From contig NW_014577075.1 of the NCBI RefSeq assembly GCF_000485595.1, forward strand, positions 161,021 to 203,827: a stretch of 42,807 bases of DNA, written 5' to 3'. A program made the position numbers and the translations under genes. A model generated the notes under the pieces. The model was not told the DNA's origin. It did no database searches and saw nothing but the letters and a program-made list of their open reading frames with translations. This document shows, piece by piece, positions 23,878 to 37,200 of the stretch (its first letter is position 1; every line of letters begins with the position of its first letter). The stretch comes from Priapulus caudatus. Taxonomy: Eukaryota.

Positions 23878-25386
23878 CAGTGCTTACAATCACCAATTCA
23901 TTGATAACCGATTTGACGATCAGGCGCGCTTGCGCGGATTAGTTCCCGCCGGTACCTCATTCATTTCCGATGTTTTTCCCGGCAGATATATCTATTGCGA
24001 AATGGATTTCAGCTACGCTACGCGCGCAACGCAAACGCCTTACGTACAAAAGGTTTCCCCCACAGAGTCCGTTCATCCCTTCGCCTGATTGCTGTCGTTG
24101 TTTGTTTCGACGTTCTATATATCCACGCGATCGCTAGGGGATCCATTTAGTAAGTTATGATGAAGTAAAATCGCAATCATCCTGTTACACACACGGCTAT
24201 TTCTGGTGTCCCTGTTCGTTCAATTAGGGCCCCAGTGTAATCGTACGCGCGCGCGCGCGGGCGTGCTCGTGTGCGTGCATGCGTGTCCGAGCGTAGCATC
24301 TAGGAAGCATATTATAATAAGTAGGTCAAAACTCGATGTTAAGTTTCCAGCTACAGTATAGGCTACAACACTAGATTAGATTACAAATTAGAATCATTTT
24401 CCGAGACTTCTCTCGGAGACAGAAATGAATTAATGCGTAACAGTAACGGCGTGGGGCGATATAAACAAATATAAATTAAAATGTAATGTATGTCTGACTG
24501 GTGCATGGCTGACGAGAGATATAACTAACAAATAGTATATAATATATAATATAATAGTAATATATATTATATTATATATATACATATATGATCTACGTTT
24601 GCGCAAGTGTCACTACGTGTGTACCTGGTAACCTATATTTTTCATTGAACCTACCTGTTCTTCCACAGATAATGAGTATTGTAATGTGCAGGTTGGCTAT
24701 GCTCGACTGTGCGACTTTTGGTTCATGCCATTGCAGTCATATAAATGGACAGCATGGAAACATGAAAAAACTACACGCTGCGAGCAGTTAATAAGATCTG
24801 TCCACTGAAGCTGAATTCAACTGTAAAAAGAACATGGCCTGCATTGCGGAAAGCGGTGGACGCAAGGGTAGGAGGTATTCAACCTCAGTAGTTAAACTGA
24901 ATCCAGCGCTCATGCGTATGCTCGCCACAACGCAGCAGAGACAACACGCACCCCGCACACATTCCGCACGCCACATGGAAGAGAGAGAGAACCGAGAAAG
25001 CGAGAGAGAGAGAAAGAGCGACAGAGAGACAGACAGAAGAAGAAGAGAGAAGAGAGAGAGAATAGAGAGAGAGAGAGAGAGAGAAGAGAGAGAGAGAAAA
25101 CGGGAACGAGGGAGAGAGAGAGCGAGAGAGAAAGAGAGAGAGAGACAAGAGAAGCGAGAAGCTGGAGAGAGAGAGAGAGAGACGAGAGAGAGAGAGAGAA
25201 GAGAGAGAGAGAAGACTGAGGAGAGCGAGAGCGAGAGCGAGAAAAGAGAAAATAAAGAGAAAGAAAGAGAGTAGATAGAGAGAGAAGAGAGAGCGAGAGC
25301 GAGAGAGAGAGAAGAGAGAAGAGAAGAGAGAAAGCAGAAAGAGAAAGAGATGGAGAGACGCAAGAGAGCAGGCGCGTGTAACCGAT

Positions 25387-25420
<34 letters not shown>

Positions 25421-25584
25421 AGAGCGAGAGAACGGGCGCGGGTGCAGAGAGAAGGAGAGAGTATGAAGAGGAGAACGAGAGAGATAGAGAGAGAGACAGA
25501 GAAAGACAGAGAGATAGATACGATAAGAACAGAGAGAGAGAGAGAGAGAGAGAGCAAGTAGAGAGAGAAAGAGCGAGAGAGAGC

Positions 25585-25661
<77 letters not shown>

Positions 25662-25748
25662 AGAGAGGAGAAGAGAGAGAGAGAGAGAAAGATGAGACTA
25701 GCGGCGCGGTGCGAGAGAGAGAGAGAGAGCGAATAAGAAGAAGAGAGA

Positions 25749-25790
<42 letters not shown>

Positions 25791-26534
25791 CGAGACAGAG
25801 ACATAGACAGAGACAAGACAGAGACAGAAGACAGAGACAGAGACAAGAGACACGAGCAGAGAGAGAGAGAGAGGAGAGAGAGAGAGAAGAGAGAGAGGAG
25901 AGAGAGGAGAGAGAGAGAGAAGAAGAGAGAAGAGAGAGCAAGCGAGAACAGTACGTAGCTTGATGACCACAACTTGAGACGAGCGCGCGCTAGTAGGGAG
26001 TGGATAGAGAAAGGGCGCGCACGGACCCTAGTCAACAGCTCTCGCCTCTCTCTCCTCTCTCTCACACACATGCACACGACAACACAGAGCAAACAGCCAG
26101 CGCGCATCGGAAAGACACGCGGATGAATCAATCCTAGTTCTGCCGTAGCCTCCTCTCTCGCGCTCGCCCGCGAACCGGAGACCGCCAAGATTCACACTCA
26201 ATTTTGCGAAAATAATGGGACCGAGACTTAATAGAGGATGGGTCCAATCAAATACTAAAATAAATAAGGCGCTAAATGAACCGGGGTTATCACGTCGATC
26301 AATCTTGACATCGCGGACGGCTCCACGCGGATGCTGCTGCGGCTGATAACTACTGATGATCACCTGCCCCATGTTGCTGCTGCTGCGGCTGGCTACGTTC
26401 TTTGCTGGATTACGACTGATGCACGTGGCTACTAGTCCACTATCGTCCACAGAACGTGCTAACAGTATGTCTAAATACCAGGACACCAAGCTACAAAGGA
26501 CATCAGAAATAATGTAACGTCCGACGTGAAGAAT

Positions 26535-26970
26535 AGCAGGTCCACAGTCAGGATGCTGAGTAGCAGTGACACAGGTCAGTGACGCTGACGCAGCAGGTCA
26601 AAGGTCGGACTCCTGACTCAGCAGGTCAGAGTCGGGACTCTGAGAGGCCTGCAGCAGGTCACTAGGTCATGGATCTGACGCAACAACAGTCCACAGGTCA
26701 GGATGCTACCAGCAATCACAGGATCAGCGGATGGCTGACGCAGCAGGTCACAGGTCAGGGACGCTGACGGCATATCGTGCAGTCAGGAGTCAGGGCCGCT
26801 GACGCAGCAAGTCCACAGGTCGTGACTCGACGCAGCAGTCACCAGTCATGGAAGCTGACGCAGCAAGTCACAGGTCATGGATGCGACGAGGCACAGGTCA
26901 CAGCCAAGGTACGCTTACGCCAGCAGTCACAGTCAGGCACGCATGAACCGCAGCAGGTCACATTCAGAAT
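26535..26970 (-). repeat. 29-bp minisatellite, inverted noisy copy (about 15 units)
   Basis: GATGCTGACGCAGCAGGTCACAGGTCAGG-like units. Confidence 0.9.
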
Positions 26971-28051
26971 GCTGCAAAAAAAAAAACAAAAATAATAACG
27001 GACCCTCTCGCCGTTTTAATTTAGGTTGAACTGGAGAAATGTCCACAGACTCATTTACAATTAACTATGTATGGCCAGCAGTCTTGACAATAAAAAACAT
27101 AAGTGACTTTCTTCCAAGTTGACGACAGTTCAACAGCCTAGACAGAACCGTAGGCCTGCTGGTGAATCTACTGCAATCTGCGTAAAACAAAATACAACAC
27201 AAATGTAAAAATGTAGCAGGGATATAAAAGAGAGCATAAAATCACAGGTATGCACCCTCCATTTGTCCTCATCACCACTCTCGCACTCAAGTCCAAAACC
27301 GCAACCTCACAAGTTGCGCACGGACAAGTCACGGCACGCAGTTGTATATAAATACGCCCAGCCCCCCTCTGAGAAGTCCAACATGAGCCTGAGAGAAGAG
27401 ACACTCACAAGCAGAGACCGCGACCCGAGAGCAGGACCGCACCGACTGCTTCGCCACGGCGGCCTGGCTCACGATGATCAACCGGCTCTGCGTCGGAATT
27501 CTGAACCTAATTTGGAGAAGCTGCCACTGAGATGCTAACTGATGATCCTCTTGGAGAATATTACGTCACGTTTAGCACCTGACCGACCGACCGGCACTGC
27601 TCGAAGATTCAACACAGGCCACCTCACCCTTATTCAACTACTATCTGCTAATAGGAGCACCCGAAAGATTACGACCAAAACACTACCTTCACAAGCCAGC
27701 CACCCACTCGTAAGATCAACCTACGCTACCTGATTGGTCACTGACTCACTCCGGCAACTATCTGTTGTTAAATATATACATATTTTATCCCAACAAATCC
27801 TTGAGTTATTTGCGCATGATATGTGTGGGTTGTAATGACATTTGCGTACACAAGTCGATGATCATTTCAGATCCAATATCCGTGTGTGCCCACCTTTTAT
27901 ATGGTGCCGTGATGGGGCGTAAGATCACCGCTACACCTCTTAACTGACGCAGCAAACACCGGTCAGGGCGCCTTATAGAACCTTCACCGCGTCCTTCGCG
28001 TGTTCTCTCAATGCTCCATAAACTGAGTGTGACGCATAGCGCTTTCCCGCG

Positions 28052-28345
28052 CTCCACCCCCTCCGCCAGCCTCCACCCTCTCCTTCCGCCTTCCACTCCC
28101 TCCCCAGCCTCTCACCCTCCTCCTCCGCCTCCACCCCCTCCCCAGCCTCCACCCCCTCCTCGCGCCATCCACCCCTCCCCCACCTCCACCCCTCCCCAGC
28201 CTCCACCCTCTCCTCCGCCCTCCAGCACCTCCCAGCCTCCAAGAGCTTAGCATGGGTCACCCTCCTCCGCCTCCACCTCCTCCCCTCGCCTCAACCCCCT
28301 CCAGATCCCACCCCCCGCCGCCTCCACCCTCTCCCCAGCTCCAAC
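28052..28345 (-). repeat. C-rich tandem repeat (GCCTCCACCC-type), long form
   Basis: About 15 degenerate units at the position equivalent to 5160-5210. Confidence 0.85.
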
Positions 28346-31100
28346 CCTGCCCTCCGCCTCACTCGCTCCATCATCGCGTAATAGCATGCCAGTCGACGTA
28401 CGATCTTTGCACGCAGAGCGAGCGCGCTCACTTATCGGCGAGATGCGATGAACTCGAAAGATACACGCGCGCCCTTTTCTTAGTCAAAACCGCAGCTCGG
28501 CACTGCGAGTGTACGCGCGCACGGCAATTACACGGCGACAATTCGATTTGATCTTGCCTCGCCGCTAAAAAATAACTCCAGTGTTACTGCCGTATCGCCA
28601 CATCTACCTATCACGTACCGAATTCGCGATTTAAGCAGGCGCGCCCGCCGTCCAGCCGGACGCACCTGAACAGCCCCCCGAAAATAGTTTGCATTTCGAT
28701 TCCGCGAAAGCTCAGCGCAGGAAAGCGGCGCGCGCCGCGTTATTAAAGCGACGCCTGCGCCCGCGCCGCTAAAGCCGGTAAACAAACCGTCAACGCGGAC
28801 CGGTGTCGTCCCCCCCCCCCCACACCCACAATTAGAACACTTTCACCCGCTACGCGAACACGAGAGCGCGCGCCCGTTAAGCTCTGCAACACATCTCGAT
28901 ACAGACGCGCACGCGAAAAACACGGATCGCGTACCGCGCAAGCCACGTAACAACAAGCTGTCGCGCTTGTCCTCGCTCGCCGTACCTTCCGTCAGCACAT
29001 CTTCGTCAACGTAGTCAGTACAACGGGAACAATATGTGTCCGGCATCAATTCACGGCGATATTATATTATAATAACGTGCACGCTGCCGCGCAAATCACT
29101 ATACCCTGTATACGTGACCAGGAAGTCCTCACTCTCTCCCCCCCCCTCAATGTAATTAATGCTGTGAAGATCAACACGTTCTCACCATCATAACCTGCCA
29201 ATTCACTATGTAAATCACTCTCGCGTGTGACAACCCCACCTTAAAAAACCCTTCGTAGCACATCACCAATTCTCTGCACTCGCGAACAGTAAACCATGCC
29301 TGCTGTCCAGCTCCGTATATACGTGCCTATCAGAACCAGTTGGCGGGTGCTAATCAAATAATAAGCGACTGAAAACCTCTACGTCTGGAGCCTGACGCTA
29401 CCCAACTCATAAATGTGCGCACGAGCGGGTAACGCACACTGGAGAGAGCCTGCATGCTCTAGGATGGATGCAGAACACTAGACAGCCGGTCGGGCGATGC
29501 CCAAACGCACTGTTCGGGAGGGGTGCCCTAAGAACTATGCCCTTCGCTCGCCCCACACCTGTGCAAGCTAAGTTCTAGAGCCAGGTGTAACTGCAGCTAT
29601 CTTATAACTATGGATTCTCCATATCCAGTCAAATAATCACCGGTCGGTGCATGAGTGGCTATCACGCGCTCCACCCTGTTTCCATCCTGTCAAATACACA
29701 CACTCACGGAACTAAAACAAGCAAGGAGCGGACGAGTGGAATTCGAATGTTCAAACGCAACGTTGCGGTTGTAGCCATTCATACATTCATAGTATAGCTT
29801 CCTCACATCCGTAGTTTCAATCCATCTCGCCATATATTCAACTTATTCACACATATGAAGTATATATTCATACACACAAAGTACACGTATTCCACATAGT
29901 ATATATATATATTCAATATACACATACATAATCACACATAGTTCATATAATTCAATACACATATCATTAATATTCCTATACCCATAGTTCATATATTCAT
30001 ATACCACAAGTTCATAATCATGATACACATAGTTCATATATTCACCACGTTTACTTTCACTAGCAGCGCCCCGAGGACATTCAGACTATTATTTATACCA
30101 TAAACTCGTGAAAGAAATCTAATCCGAAACTTGAAGCAGGCGATTACGCTGAATGTATAATCGTGCATTACCAGGAGAAGACGCATGCGAAGCTCATGCT
30201 GACACACCACCACCATTCTAACACCATTATACCATGCTCTTACTTCTACTAGCTTCTAACGTAGCATATATCCCCAGAATATACTCCCACTCCTGTCGCG
30301 CCCACATAACCGTATACATAACGCGTCGGGAGTGAAGTCTAAGGGAATCTAATTATTCCACTGGTGCGAACGCGAACCGACATAGCTTGAAAGCACTTTT
30401 AAGTGATGAGTGACTCTCAAAGGAATGTACGTCGAATCAGGCGCGTCAATGTCATCTCGTCTCAAAAAATCTCATCTTAAAAAAAACACCGGCAACGCTT
30501 TGATGCGCTTATCGATAGCGAAATCGAAATCGACACCACTGTGATCGGCCACAAAACCATCGTCGTCCGTCGTCGTCATCACCATCGTCATCGTCGTAGT
30601 CATCGCCGTTTTATCGCCATCGTCATCACAACCGCCATTCGCAGCACAAATCCGTCGTCGCCATCGTCATCACAATCGTCGCGCCATCGTCATCCAATCG
30701 CGTCCGCATCGTCAATCGTCATCGTCACCCCGACAAAAGTACTGAACGCGAGACCGACTGCGATAACAACGACGTCGCCTGCGCTGCACAGCAGCGACTT
30801 CCGCGACCGCGTGACGAATAATCCGGGCCGAGTAATAATATCGGCATCAGACGGCACACGCCCCCTCCTATTTCTCCCGACCGATCTGGCGCGATTTCGC
30901 TCTTGTATGCTTAGTTTCGCTATCACCGTTTGTCCACTACTGTCAACGCTGCTGCTGGCGATCTGCCGCTGGCGCTGCTGCTGCTGGCGCGCTACGGCTG
31001 CTGCGCGCGCTGCTGCCTGCTGCTGCTTGCTGCCTCGCCGCTTGGCTGCGCGCCGCTGCTGCTGCTGCCGCCGCTGCTGCTGCTCGCCGCTGCTGCTGCT

Positions 31101-31110
31101 NNNNNNNNNN
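31101..31110. other. Assembly gap (10 N)
   Basis: N run. Confidence 1.
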
Positions 31111-32065
31111 GTGTGTGTGTGTGTGTGTGCGTGTGTGTGTGTGTGTGTCTACTGACTACGTAGCAATGCTAGTTATTGTGTGCGGCTGTTTGTGAACATA
31201 CCAGTGCCTGTAGGTTGCACTCATTATCAAAGTCAGAATACGTGCCGACGTCTTACGTGCAGCCGTTACACCAGCAAGCGGACACCTACCCGTTAAAATT
31301 ACTCGTTACATTTATCACCTACCCTTGTTGAGAATAAAGAATTCTGAAAAAAACACATTGGTTTGAAGTATCTTCATTTTCGTTGTCTTTTTTTTTTACA
31401 AGAACGAAGGCTAGTGTGCGACTCAAACAATGGCTCAAAACATGCGTCACTCGTCTTCGTAAATACACGCACATTCACAGAAAATATAGACGATACTATA
31501 TCATATGCCTTGTTATTGATCACAGCATAATGTATTGCGACGATTTCGCGTCACCCACTGAACAGCAAGCAATTTGAGGGTAAACACCGCAGCGCGATTC
31601 GAAAAGCAACAGCGAGAAATACTCCGGGCAAGCAAAAAAAATTCCGAACAAGTCTTCAGCTACTTACACTGCACTCAATCGCGGCTTGTTTTGCCGCATC
31701 GCACCGAGCGAGCGAGGTTTATATAGGGGGAAAAAACCGGACTCGCCGGCGTTAAACCCAAATCCTAACTCTAATTGTAACCCCCTAACCACCGAAATAA
31801 GATATAAACAGCGCACTGTACGATAAACAAGCATCGCGGCTGTCGACGGTATGGGATGGTAAAGCGTGGGACGGAATGCGAGTAAATTCGCACGCCGCGC
31901 CGCGCGCCGCCGCCGCCCCGCCTTCTATTGCCGTACATATTTCATCCCTGATTTGTTCCTCGTGTATTATCTATATAATATAAAGTTAAAATAACTTTTT
32001 TGTTAAGTCTATATTAGTTAGTTAGTTTATAAGCTATAAGTTTTTACGCGCTAATATGAATTCAC

Positions 32066-32251
32066 CTCAATGACTGTCGAGACTGAGTTGAGTTGTCGAG
32101 AATGAACCCTTGATCACCAGCTGCCCAAGGACTTCTTGAATCAATTTCTTGCAATGAATTAATTCTAGTTTCCCGGCATCCAGGTGCAATATCAGAGACA
32201 GGGAGAGCAGCACCGCGCCAACGAAGCAGCAGAGCAAAGTGTGCGCCTGAC
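32066..32251 (-). CDS. Candidate exon 2 (186 bp) of an unknown protein, with a hydrophobic segment
   Basis: Minus strand CACACAG| acceptor and GAG|GTGAAT donor; length is a multiple of 3. One frame gives (G)QAHTLLCCFVGAVLLSLSLILHLDAGKLELIHCKKLIQEVLGQLVIKGSFSTTQLSLDSH*, and another frame is fully open. The acceptor lacks a good pyrimidine tract. Confidence 0.3.
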
Positions 32252-32254
32252 CTG

Positions 32255-32645
32255 TGTGGTGTGTGTGTGTGTGCTTGTTGGTGTGTTGTGTGTGTGTGTG
32301 TGTGTTGTGTGTGTGTGTGTGTGTAGCGGTGGTGTAACTTGGTGTGTGTAACTGCTGTGTGCGTGCCGTGCTGTGTTGCGTGCGTGAGCTGACGTGACAG
32401 TGAGTGTTGCAGTGATGTGAGTGAGTGAGTGATGTGTGACGTGTGGTGCGCCAGTGAGTGCAGTGAAGTGAGGAGTGACGTTGCAGTGAAGTGCGTGGAG
32501 TGAGTGAGTGAGCTGAGGTGAGCTGAGTTGAGTGTGACCCGTGAGGTGAGTAAGAGAGAGCAGAAGAGAGAGCCTCTCTCTCTCTCTCTCTCGCTCTCTC
32601 TCTCTCTCACTTCTCTCTTTGTTTCCCCCTCTCTCTCTCTCTTTC
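32255..32645 (+). repeat. Degenerate (TG)n, (GTGA)n and (CT)n microsatellites
   Basis: Read directly from the sequence. Confidence 0.9.
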
Positions 32646-32940
32646 TCTCGTGGCTATCTCTCTAGCGCTCCCTTTCTCTATCGTTCTCGCTTGCTCCCCT
32701 CTCGCCCCTCGGCCTTTCTGTCTCCCTTTCTCATATGCGATCATGCAGCAAAAGCTATACAGATGTATGGACATGATGTATGTACATACCTGTACGCATC
32801 ATGAACGCCTGGGCGCTAGCCTAGAGCGCATCCAGCGACCCTGTCACCCTGACCGGTCTGTGTGGAAGGCCAATCCCCGTCGGATATATATATATACCCC
32901 CTCCGCTCCAACTTTATACAAATTATTTTCGTCTATTTAA

Positions 32941-33518
32941 AGTTATTATTTCGAACATAATCTAGTGTTTTCCCCACTTTTACGACACTTACCGTTATTG
33001 CTTGAATATAACAGCAACTGTCTAGAGAAACGGTAAAATGTCTTAGAACCTTCGTATTCACCAAAATATGAACCATTCGCATTTTGATTACTCGTTTTGA
33101 TTACCGCCATAATTTCTTGCGAATCTCGGACTAGCGCCAGCTATCGGCCAATTTCAAAAGGTAAACGGAGTCAACAACACATAATAACAGAATCAGATGC
33201 CCCTTTGTTTGAATTAGTTGTGGAATGGGTGCACTTGTAACTAAGTTAGTGCACCGACAATTTACAAGTTTACCCATTCTGACTTAAGGCACCATTTGTA
33301 TTTTGATTCTCGCTATAATAAAAAAATGCAATTGTATTACGATGTATTCAAATCCAATTTTTTATGCTATCACTGCATAACATCTTAGTGTTTTTCAAGT
33401 TAGTATAATCAGTGATATATACGCCGTGAGGTGAGACTATATTTCGCTAGATTTTTTTTCAGATTGAACGTTTCTGGGTAAAAATTTTACGAATAAAACT
33501 TTCTGGCGAAATAAAACT
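32941..33518. mobile_element. Non-autonomous TTAA-targeting element, Kolobok-like (578 bp)
   Basis: TTAA|AGTTATTATTTCG ... CGAAATAAAACT|TTAA, with TTAA at 32937-32940 and 33519-33522. 12-13 bp TIR with one indel; AT-rich interior contrasts with the GC-rich right flank. AG...CT ends plus TTAA fit Kolobok rather than piggyBac. Confidence 0.55.
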
Positions 33519-33746
33519 TTAATAAACGCGTGCGCGATCGGCTGGATGTTTGTCTGTTTAGTCGGCCGCGCTGACGTCGCTGAGGTGCCGATGATTACGT
33601 CGGGCGAGCGTCATTACGACTCATTTACAAACGAGGCCGATTTCGAACAGCGTAATTCGCCGTGCCGCTGATTGGCGATGCATCTCCGTCTGCCACTTGC
33701 TGGGCCACTTAGGCGTTCCATTAGCATCGTTCCCGCACGCACGTAC

Positions 33747-33861
33747 CTCCCGTGTTGCTGCATGCGATCTCTCTGAAAGACCGACCGCACACCGACTCGC
33801 ATCTCGGACAACTGCAAGCGGCGTTCGCGCCTTTTCTCATCCCAGCACTAGTCGCATCCAT
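33747..33861 (-). CDS. Candidate first coding exon (MDATSAGMRKGANAACSCPRCESVCGRSFREIACSNTG, phase 1)
   Basis: GCTATGG start with upstream in-frame TAA TAG; donor GAG|GTACGT at 33747/33746; lies in a GC/CpG-rich unique region; splices in frame to 32251. Confidence 0.3.
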
Positions 33862-34289
33862 AGCCGACCACGCGCCGGTCTATTACCACCAGCCTCCAAT
33901 ACGGCAACCTCATCCGACATCGAACTTGCCTCGCTCGCGCTCCTCCAATGCCAACAAAAACCGCGGTCGTAGTGTGCACCGGGCGCCCCACCTCGGCTAA
34001 CGATAGTAACATGCAACCGCAGTGCAGGGGCTGCCACCCCCCTTAGCACCCCGCCCCTCCCCCTGAAAACCCCAACAACCACCTTAAATGGCTCGAGTAG
34101 TGCTAACGCGAGTGTCATCAGCATCGCTGCGCTAGCATCAACCCCGCCCACGCGCATCTATTAATCACTGTAGGTTTCAGATCGCCGTGTTGTTTTATAT
34201 GCACGCGGGGCTCGTGCGTGTGCAAGTGCGTGCATGCGTGCGTTTCAGACTTATTCCCAAGACTGTGTGTGCGTGCTGTGTGACCATCT

Positions 34290-37200
34290 CTCATTCGCCA
34301 GCATCCCCACGCCAGTTCTCTCATTTCCAGCAATCCGCCACGCCAGTTCTCCGTCACGCCAGTCTCACGTGGCATCTCAGGCATCTCGCGCACCACTCAG
34401 CTCTCCCTCATTCAGCACTCCGGCCACCCAGTCTCCTATCACCGCACATTCCCACCCAGGCTCTCCATCATCCAGCATCCTCATACGCAGCTCTCCTCAT
34501 GCCCAGCATCGCCCCACCGGACCAGTCCCTCCCTCGTCCAGCACATCCCCACCCAGGTCTCCCTCGTCCAGCATCCCACCACAGTCTCAGCTCATTCCAG
34601 CATCTCCCCCACCGCTAGTCTGCCTCAGTCCAGCATCGCTATCCAGTCTCCCCTCTCATCCAGCATCCCCCCGCCAGCTCCTCGTCCAGCTCCCCCACCA
34701 CCCCCCCCAACACTCCAAAAAGAGTCTCCTCCGTCGCATCCCCCACCCAGTCTCTCGTCCAGCTCCCACCACGCTCTCCTCATCCAACATTCGCCCGCAG
34801 TTCCTCATCCCGACGCCATCCCCGACTAGTGCCCCTCGAGTCCCCAGCATCCACAACACACCCCAACAGTCTCCTCAGCCAGCATCACGCCACCCAAGTC
34901 TCACTCTGATCCGAGCATCCTACCCCGCCCAGCTCTCTCATGCCCAGCATCGCCACCCAGTCTCCTCACGGCAGCATCACACCAGGCTTCCTCATCCGCG
35001 ATGCGCCACCCCCTGTTCTCCTCAACCCAGCTCCCCACCCCCACCAGTCTCCTCATCGCAGCAAATCCCCCGCAGTTGCCTGCCATGCCAGCATCCCCAC
35101 CCGTCTCCTCGTCCAGCATGCCCCACCAGTCCTCGCTCATAACCTAAAACGCGCATCCCACAAAAACGCCAGTTCCCTCATCCCGCATCACCCAACCCCC
35201 AACAGTACCTCACGCAGCATCCCCAACCCAGTCTCCTATCCAGCATCCCACCAGTCTCCCTCCTGCCAGCATCCTGCATTCCAGTTCTTCGCCTCATCCA
35301 GCATCCCCCACACGTTCTTGCCTCACCCATGTCTCCTCCCCCTCGCGGATCCCCACCCAGTCTCCTCATCCCAGCATCCCGCACCCAGCTCTCCTCATCC
35401 AGCTATCGCCCACCCAGTCTCCATCATCACACCCCACCCAGGTCTCCTCATGCCAGCATCCCCACCCAGGTCCTCCTCGTCCGCATCCCCGCAGTCTCGC
35501 TCATTCCAGCATCCCACGGCTCAGCTCTCCTCATCCAGCTCACGCACCCAGTCTCCTCATCAGCATCCGCCAGCCGCAGTACCTCACCCAGCTATGCCGC
35601 CACCAGTCCACTCACCAGCATCACCGCACAGTGCTCCTCATCCAGCACCCCACCCCAGTCCTCCTCATCGCAGCACCCCACCCAGTCTCCTCGTCCAGGC
35701 ATCACACACCCAGTTCTCATCCCATCCCCACCGCAGTCTCCTCCATCCAGCATCGCCCACCCAGTCACCTCACTCCAGCATCACCCACCCAGTCTCCCTC
35801 ATCCAGCATCCCCACCCAGTCTCTATCCGCATCCCCACCCAGTTCCTCATCCAGCATCTCCACCCAGTCACTCACCAGCATCCCCACCCGTCACATCACC
35901 CAGCATCCCCACCAGTCTCCTTCATTCCAGCACAGCCACGGTCTCCTCATCGCAGCACACCAGCCCAGTCGTCCTCATCGCAGCATCCCCACCCAGTCTG
36001 CCTCGTCAGCATCCACCCAGTCTCCTCATCCCAGCATCCGCCACCCCAGTCTCCTCACCCAGCATCCCCCCAAGTCTCGCTCATCACCAGCATCCGCCAC
36101 CCAGTCTCCTCACCATCCAGCATCCCCACCCTAGTCTCCCTCATCGCCAGCTCACGGCACCAGTCTCCTCCATGCCAGCATCCCCACCCAGGTTCTGCCT
36201 CATCCCAGCATCACCACCGCTAGTCCTCCTCAGCAGCCAGCATCGCGCCACCCAGATCCTCTCATCCGCATCACACCCAGTCTCGCTCATCCAGCATCCC
36301 ACCCAGTCCCTTCCTCATCCAGTCTCCTCATCCAGGCATCAACCACCCAGTCTCCTGCATCCAGCCATCACCACCAGTCTCCTCACCCAGTCTCCTGGCA
36401 TCGCAGCCATCCACCGCAGTCTCTCATCCGCATGCACCACGCAGTCTCCTCATCCAGCATCACCACACCAGTCTCTCAATGCCAGTCTCCTGCATGCCAG
36501 CATCACCACCAGTCTCCTCATCCACATACCACCTCAGTCTCCTATCGCCATCCCACCCAGTCTCCTTCAATCCAGCCTGCCCCACCCAGTCTCTGCATCT
36601 CCAGCATCTCCACCGGCCAGTCTCCTCCTCAGCATGCCCGCACCCAGTCTCCTCGTCAGCCATCCCCACCACAGCATCCGCCACCACCCAGTCTCCTCAT
36701 CCAGCATCCCCAGCCTAGTCTCCTCATCCAGCATCCCGCACGCCAGTCTCCCTCGTCCCAGCGCATCCCGCCCAGCATCCGGCCACCCCAGTCTGCCTCA
36801 TCCAGCTATCCGCCACCAGTTCCTCATCCAGCATCACCCACCCCGTGCTCCTCATCCAGCCATCACCACCACCACCGTCGTCCTGCACCGAGCATCCCCA
36901 CCCAGTCTCTCATCCAGGCATCACCACCCAGTCTCCTCATCCAGCATCCGACCCAGTCTCCTCATCCAGCATCACCCACCCAGTCTCGGCTCATCCAGTC
37001 TCTCATGCAGCATCACCACCCACGTCTCCTCATCCAGCATCACCCACCCAGTCTCCGTCATCCCAGCATCACCCACGCCAGTCTGCTCATCGCAGCATCC
37101 CCCACCAGTCTCCTCATCCAGCATCTCGCCACGCCAGTCTTCCTCATCCAGCATCCTCCACCCAGTCTGCCCATCGTCCAGCTTCCGCCACCCAGTCCTT

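Larger units (their letters stand above)
21030..31100 (-). repeat. Inverted, indel-rich copy (about 10 kb) of about 2400-12322
   Basis: Collinear anchors throughout, e.g. 2941-2975 vs 30498-30532, 5530-5720 vs 27535-27745, 8330-8480 vs 24655-24830 and 11878-11900 vs 21476-21498. Ends at an N gap. Confidence 0.97.

Noticed and set aside
31257..31285. 29-bp micro-exon on the minus strand ending in a GTAAG donor
   Set aside because: The acceptor is weak and the exon is too short to support without transcripts.
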